Source of the DNA: an uncultured Candidatus Rokubacteria bacterium
Lineage (GTDB): Bacteria > Methylomirabilota > Methylomirabilia > Rokubacteriales > CSP1-6
Length of the DNA: 64,000 nt
Assembly: GCA_963762145.1 (NCBI GenBank)
Contig: CAVXJS010000021.1
Location: 992,001 to 1,056,000, forward strand
Reading direction: 5' to 3'
Shown piece after piece: positions 58,956 through 64,000 of the stretch (the stretch's first letter is position 1; each line of letters begins with the position of its first letter). The notes beneath the pieces were generated by a model. The model saw only the letters and a list, made by a program, of their open reading frames with translations. It did no database searches and was not told the DNA's origin. A program made the translations under genes and the position numbers.

Positions 58956-60098
58956 ATGGCAAGCCCCGGCACCGGTCTTCAGCTACGCTCCACCGTGAAG
59001 AAGGACGGCACCCTCGAGCTCACGCTCGTCAGCGTGGCCACCCCCGAGCCGAAGCCGGAGGAGGTGATCGTCCGCGTCGACGCCTCTCCCATCAACCCCT
59101 CCGACCAGGGCCTGCTGTTCGCCGGCGCCGACATGAGCAAAGCGAAAGCCTCCGGCACGGCCGAGCAGCCCATTGTGACGGCGAGCCTCTCGCCCGCGGT
59201 GCTGAAGGCGATGGCCGGGCGCCTCGACCAGTCCCTGCCCGTCGGTAACGAAGGCGCCGGGGTGGTCGTCCAGGCCGGAGCGTCCCCGACCGCACAAGCG
59301 CTCCTGGGCAAGACGGTCGCCATCCTCGGCGGCGCCATGTACTCCCAGTACCGCTGCATCAAGGCCGTGCAGTGCCTCGTCCTGCCGCCGGGAACCACGC
59401 CGGCCGAGGGCGCCTCCTGCTTCGTCAACCCGCTCACCGCGCTCGGCATGGTCGCGACCATGCACGCGGAGGGGCACAAGGCGCTCGTGCACACCGCGGC
59501 CGCTTCGAACCTCGGGCAGATGCTCAACAAGATCTGCCTCAAGGACCACGTCGGCCTGGTGAACATCGTGCGCAAGCAAGAGCACGCGGACGTCCTCAAA
59601 AAGATCGGCGCCACCCACGTGTGCAACTCGAGCGCGCCCACCTTCATGGACGACCTGACCGAGGCACTCGTCGCCACCGGGGCCACGGTGGCCTTCGACG
59701 CCACCGGCGGCGGCACCCTGGCGGGGCAGATCCTCACCGCCATGGAGATCGCGCTGAATCGGACCGCGAAGGAATACAGCCGCTACGGATCCACCACCCA
59801 CAAGCAGGTCTACATCTACGGGGGCCTCGACCGCGGACCGACCCAGTTCACCCGCGCCTTCGGCATGGCCTGGGGGATCGGCGGCTGGCTCCTCACGCCC
59901 TTCCTGCAGAAGATCGGCTTCGAGGCCGCCCAGAAGCTGCGCGAGCGGGTCGCGGCCGAGATCAAGACCACGTTCGCGAGCACGTACACCAAGGAAGTCT
60001 CGCTCGCCGGCGCCCTCCAGCTCGCGGAGATCGCCGTCTACGCCAAGCAGGCCACCGGCGAGAAGTACCTGATCACTCCCAACAAGGGCCTGTCCTAG
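58956..60098 (+). CDS. MDR-family (zinc-binding dehydrogenase-like) oxidoreductase
   Basis: PINPSD, GNEGAG, FVNPLTA, HTAAASNLG, GGWLL. Confidence 0.9.
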   Translation: MASPGTGLQLRSTVKKDGTLELTLVSVATPEPKPEEVIVRVDASPINPSDQGLLFAGADMSKAKASGTAEQPIVTASLSPAVLKAMAGRLDQSLPVGNEGAGVVVQAGASPTAQALLGKTVAILGGAMYSQYRCIKAVQCLVLPPGTTPAEGASCFVNPLTALGMVATMHAEGHKALVHTAAASNLGQMLNKICLKDHVGLVNIVRKQEHADVLKKIGATHVCNSSAPTFMDDLTEALVATGATVAFDATGGGTLAGQILTAMEIALNRTAKEYSRYGSTTHKQVYIYGGLDRGPTQFTRAFGMAWGIGGWLLTPFLQKIGFEAAQKLRERVAAEIKTTFASTYTKEVSLAGALQLAEIAVYAKQATGEKYLITPNKGLS

Positions 60099-60270
60099 CC
60101 GCGCTCACGCTCGCTCACACCGGCCGGTCAACTCTTCTCGCCGGTCGGTATATCTACCCGGCTTCGTTCGGCCCGTCCCGGCCGAGGTGGGGTAGGCGGA
60201 CAGGGGCTTTCCTTCTCCTCGTCTTGTCTTTCTCACGACTTCGATACCCGCCGTCGCCCCTCGCCATCCA

Positions 60271-60285
60271 TGGCACGGTCATTGC
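60271..60285 (+). promoter_or_regulatory. Sigma-54 promoter for the GH28 gene
   Basis: TGGCAC-GGTCA-TTGC, 28 nt before ATG 60314. Confidence 0.75.
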
Positions 60286-60313
60286 GATCCGCTGGAACAA
60301 TGAGCCGCAGCGG

Positions 60314-61913
60314 ATGACCCACTCGCGACGAGCTTTCTTGTGGCGCTCCGCCGGGCTCCTCGCGCCGTTCCTCGTCTCCCGCCGACCCGTTTGGGCCGCC
60401 GAGGCCCCGGAGCGAACCGTCCGCAGATATGGCGCCAGAGGAGACGGCCGCACCGTCGATACCCGCGCGATCCAGGCCGCCATCGACGCGGTCGGGCCAT
60501 CGGGGGGAACGGTGTCCTTCCCTCCCGGGGAGTACCGTTCCGGCACGCTCCGCCTCCGCAGTCGCGTCACCCTCCGTCTCGACGCTGGCGCGGTCCTGGT
60601 CGCCAGCAAGGACGACGCGGATTTCGATCCGGTCGAGCCGCTCGGCCACGACCCCTTCTCGGATCGGGAAACCTCGGACTTCAGCTTCGCCCTGCTCCAG
60701 GGACGCGACCTGGCCCGGGTGAGCATCCTGGGTCCAGGTCGGATCGATGGGAACCGCTCGAGCCGAGGGGGCCCCAAGCCGATCGCCCTCAAGCGGTGCC
60801 GTCACGTCCGGATTCGTGACCTCACCATCGCCAACGCGCCGAACTACAACATCAGCCTCCTCGGCTGCGACGACGTGGACATCGCCGGTGTCACCATCCT
60901 GAACGGATACTCGGACGGGATCGATCCGGACTGCTGCCGGAACGTCCGGATCCGCAACTGCCGCGTCGAGTCGCGGGACGACGCGATCGTGCTCAAGACG
61001 AGCTTCGCCCTCGGGGTTCGCGGCGCGACGCAGGACGTGACGGTGACCGACTGCCATCTCACCACCATTCACAATGCGCTCAAGCTGGGCACCGAATCCG
61101 CCGGCGACTTCAGGGACATCGTGTTCCGGAACTGCACCATCGTCGGGCAGTCTCATGCGTGGAAGGGCGACCTGAGCTCCGGCATTGCGCTCGCGACGGT
61201 GGATGGAGGCAGCCTCGAGCGCGTCTCGGTGTCCGACATTCACATGACCAATGTCCGGGCGCCCATCTTCGTTCGCCTGGGCAAGCGCGGCCGCGTCGCA
61301 GGAAGTCCCGATGGCCGGGAGATTGAAGAACGTCTCCATCTCGAACGTGGTGGCCGTCGGGGCCATGACCGCGTCCTCGATCACGGGCGTGCCCGGATAT
61401 CCGGTCTCGGAGATTCTCCTGAAGAACGTCCGGGTCACCGCGCGCGGGGGCGCCAGGGCAGAAGTCGCGGCGCAACGGGTGCCCGAGCTGGAAAGCACAT
61501 ACCCGGACGCTTTCATGTTCAGGGACCTGCCCGCCTCCGGGTTCTATGTCAGACACGCGCGCGCCCTGACGTTGGACAACGTCGAGCTGAGCGTCGATCA
61601 GCCTGACGCGCGGCCTGCGGTTGTTCTGGATGACGTCCAAGGTGCCCGCATGAGAAAGTTCAGCGCGACGCCGCCGATCGAAGGGCAGCCGCTAGTATGG
61701 CTCCGCTCGGTACGGGACTATCATCTCAGTGGCCTCCGAGCGCGCCCGGGAACGACGGCGGTGCTGCGGCTCAGCGGCGCGCACACCGCGCGCATCCGTC
61801 TGGAGGGAAATGACTTCCGCGAGGCTGACCAGGTCGCGATGATCGATGCATCGGTCGCGGCGACCGCGTTGCGGATCGGGGGAAATGTGATGTCGGGTCG
61901 CGGCGGCACCTAG
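60314..61913 (+). CDS. Tat-exported glycoside hydrolase family 28 (pectin-lyase fold), frameshift near 61290
   Basis: SRRAFL Tat motif; YGARGDG..DTRAIQAAID, SDGIDP, DDAIVLK, NALKLGTES; ..YPDAFMF in second frame. Confidence 0.85.
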
Positions 61914-61931
61914 CCACGTCTCGTCACCGCG

Positions 61932-63554
61932 TCAGACGATCGATCGTGGTACTACCGCGTCCGGCGCGAGTGCGATCACCACGCCCTCGTTTCCACGCAG
62001 TGAGATCCGATCGGTGACGACCTCGCCATCACGATCGCGCCCGCTCGACACGACGATTTCCCCCTTGAGCTGGTTTTCGGAAAAGCTCACCCCGATGGCC
62101 TCTCCGCCCAGATTCAAGGCGATCAGGGTACGTTCGTTCTCGTGCTCTCGCACATACATCAGCAGATCCCCGGTCGCCACAATCGGCCGGTAGTGGCCGA
62201 CCCGCAACGACGGCAACCGTCGGCGTACCGCGATCAGCTGGCGATAGAGACCGTACATGGACGTGGGGTCTGGTCGTTCGCGCTCGACGTTGTCTCTTCC
62301 GAACCCGGTCGCCACCGGCAGCCACGGTTCTACCCGGGAAAACCCCGCGTGAGGCGTGGCGTCCCATTGCATGGGGGTGCGGGCGCCGTCTCGCCCACAC
62401 CCGATCCCGGGCACATTGCGCTCGAAGGGATCGCATACCCGATCGGCGGGGATGGCCACGTGTGGCATACCGATCTCATCGCCATAGTAGATGGTCGGCG
62501 TTCCCCTCAGGGTGAGCAGCAGCATGGCGGCGATGCGCGACTGATCCGGGCCGACGCGCCCCGCGATGCGCGGCTGATCATGGTTTCCGAGCACCCAGTT
62601 CGGCCAGCCGCCCGGGGGCAGCGCGGCCTCGTAGTCGTCGATGAGCTTCGCGATGTCGCGCGCGCGCCAGGGCACTTCGAGGAGCGCGAAGTTGAACGGC
62701 AGGTGCGTGCCTTCGAGATCGCGGCCGTAGTACGCCACGAGCCGCTCGATGGGCAGATAGATCTCGCCGATGAGCACTCGATCAGGAAACTCGTCGAGCA
62801 CCCGCCGGAGCCCCGCGATCGCCTCGTGCACCTCGGCCTGATCCGTCGTATAGAGCGGAACCACCGCGCGATGCGGCGGCTGGCCTGGCCCGAAGTCGGG
62901 GTTTGGCGGGTTGTCGCGGAACAGGGCGTCCTTGAGCAGATGCCAGATCACGTCCACGCGGAAGCCGTCGACCCCCCGCCGAAGCCAGAACCGCATGACC
63001 TCGTGAATCGCTTCCCGGACCGACGAGTTGCGCCAGTTGAGATCGGGCTGCGCCGCCAGAAACGCGTGATAGTAGTACTGGCCGGTGCGCGCGTCATGCT
63101 CCCACGCGCTGCCGCCGAATTCCGACATCCAGTTGTTCGGAGGGCCGCCGTTCGGGCCCGGGTCGCGCCAGATATACCAGTCTCGGTACGCGCTGTGACG
63201 GGAGGAGCGGCTCTCCCGGAACCAGGGGTGCTGGTCGGAGGTGTGGTTCGGCACCAGATCGAGCAGGATCTTGAGCCCCCGCTCGTGGGCGGCCGTCAGC
63301 AGCGCGTCGAACTCCTGCTGCGACCCGAACAGGGGATCGATCCCGGTGTAGTCGGAGATGTCGTACCCGAAATCGGCCATCGGCGAAGGGAACATGGGCG
63401 AGATCCAGACCACGTCGACTCCGAGCTCGCTCAGGTACGGCAAGCGCTGTGCGATACCGCGAAGATCGCCGACGCCGTCGCCGTCGGTATCTTGGAACGA
63501 GCGGGGATAGACCTGGTACATCACTGCGGTCCGCCACCAGGGCACCTGCTCCAC
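61932..63554 (-). CDS. Alpha-glucosidase, GH13 family
   Basis: YQVYPRSFQD, DLVPNHTS, QPDLNW, GFRVDV, IGE, GNHD, YYGDEIG. Confidence 0.93.
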   Translation of the reverse strand: MEQVPWWRTAVMYQVYPRSFQDTDGDGVGDLRGIAQRLPYLSELGVDVVWISPMFPSPMADFGYDISDYTGIDPLFGSQQEFDALLTAAHERGLKILLDLVPNHTSDQHPWFRESRSSRHSAYRDWYIWRDPGPNGGPPNNWMSEFGGSAWEHDARTGQYYYHAFLAAQPDLNWRNSSVREAIHEVMRFWLRRGVDGFRVDVIWHLLKDALFRDNPPNPDFGPGQPPHRAVVPLYTTDQAEVHEAIAGLRRVLDEFPDRVLIGEIYLPIERLVAYYGRDLEGTHLPFNFALLEVPWRARDIAKLIDDYEAALPPGGWPNWVLGNHDQPRIAGRVGPDQSRIAAMLLLTLRGTPTIYYGDEIGMPHVAIPADRVCDPFERNVPGIGCGRDGARTPMQWDATPHAGFSRVEPWLPVATGFGRDNVERERPDPTSMYGLYRQLIAVRRRLPSLRVGHYRPIVATGDLLMYVREHENERTLIALNLGGEAIGVSFSENQLKGEIVVSSGRDRDGEVVTDRISLRGNEGVVIALAPDAVVPRSIV

Positions 63555-63566
63555 GAGCGGTTCCGC

Positions 63567-64000
63567 TCAGCCCCGCGAGGGCGTCTCGGTCTCGCTCCGC
63601 TTGAGCAAGTAGTCGAGGCCGCCCACGCGATACCAGCGATATCCGTATGCCTCCAGAAGGAGGTGATGCTTGCCATCCTGGGCGGCCCGGCTGTGGTTGT
63701 CACTCAGGAGATTTACCAGCACCCGTCCTTCCGAGCCGCGCACGCCGGTTTCGAACGTGACCTCCCTAGGGGTGTCGGAGAGATTGTGCAGAAACACCAC
63801 CGAGTTGTTGCGCCAGTCATAGCGCATCGCGAGGACCGCGGGGCTCCGGATCGGGAGGACCTCGAATTCACCCCAGCCGACCTCGGGGATCTCCTTGCGC
63901 ATGCGGACGATGCGCTCGGTCCAGTTGAGCAGGGATTTGGGATCCCGACGCTGTTCCGCGGTGTTGACGTGCTCGTAACTGTAGGGCCCCTCGCTGATCA
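63567..64000 (-). CDS. GH13 trehalose synthase (TreS)-like protein, C-terminal part; 5' end outside window
   Basis: ...VNTAEQRRDPKSLLNWTERIVRMRKE.PE.GWG...HNLS...YGYRWYR. Confidence 0.8.
   Translation of the reverse strand, partial: ISEGPYSYEHVNTAEQRRDPKSLLNWTERIVRMRKEIPEVGWGEFEVLPIRSPAVLAMRYDWRNNSVVFLHNLSDTPREVTFETGVRGSEGRVLVNLLSDNHSRAAQDGKHHLLLEAYGYRWYRVGGLDYLLKRSETETPSRG

Overview
Very GC-rich bacterial chromosomal window, almost fully coding. Gene content (orphan ABC substrate-binding proteins, amidohydrolases, LLM oxidoreductase, zinc-ribbon/AAA/TPR cyclase) resembles Candidatus Rokubacteria (Methylomirabilota), which is an inference. It holds about 70 CDS, mostly small-molecule catabolism and transport. 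I found no rRNA, tRNA, CRISPR array, transposase or integrase. Highlights: (1) a 6S-RNA-like ncRNA next to small Cys-rich ORFs; (2) a 19-aa poly-Lys ORF coupled to a Uup-type ABC-F gene that carries an in-frame BoxC-like palindrome; (3) a HEAT-repeat/HD-GYP gene pair with apparently paralogous N-terminal domains; (4) a minor type IV pilin cassette with a sigma-54 promoter and enhancer; (5) a decaying ECF42-type operon containing a MoaD-like/beta-propeller pair; (6) an isolated holin plus lipoprotein lytic transglycosylase with no prophage nearby; (7) a MITE/REP-like inverted repeat. Many single-base frameshifts (11.3-15.8, 42.5-46.3, 58.3 and 61.3 kb) look like long-read assembly errors. All family calls come from motif recognition, not database searches.
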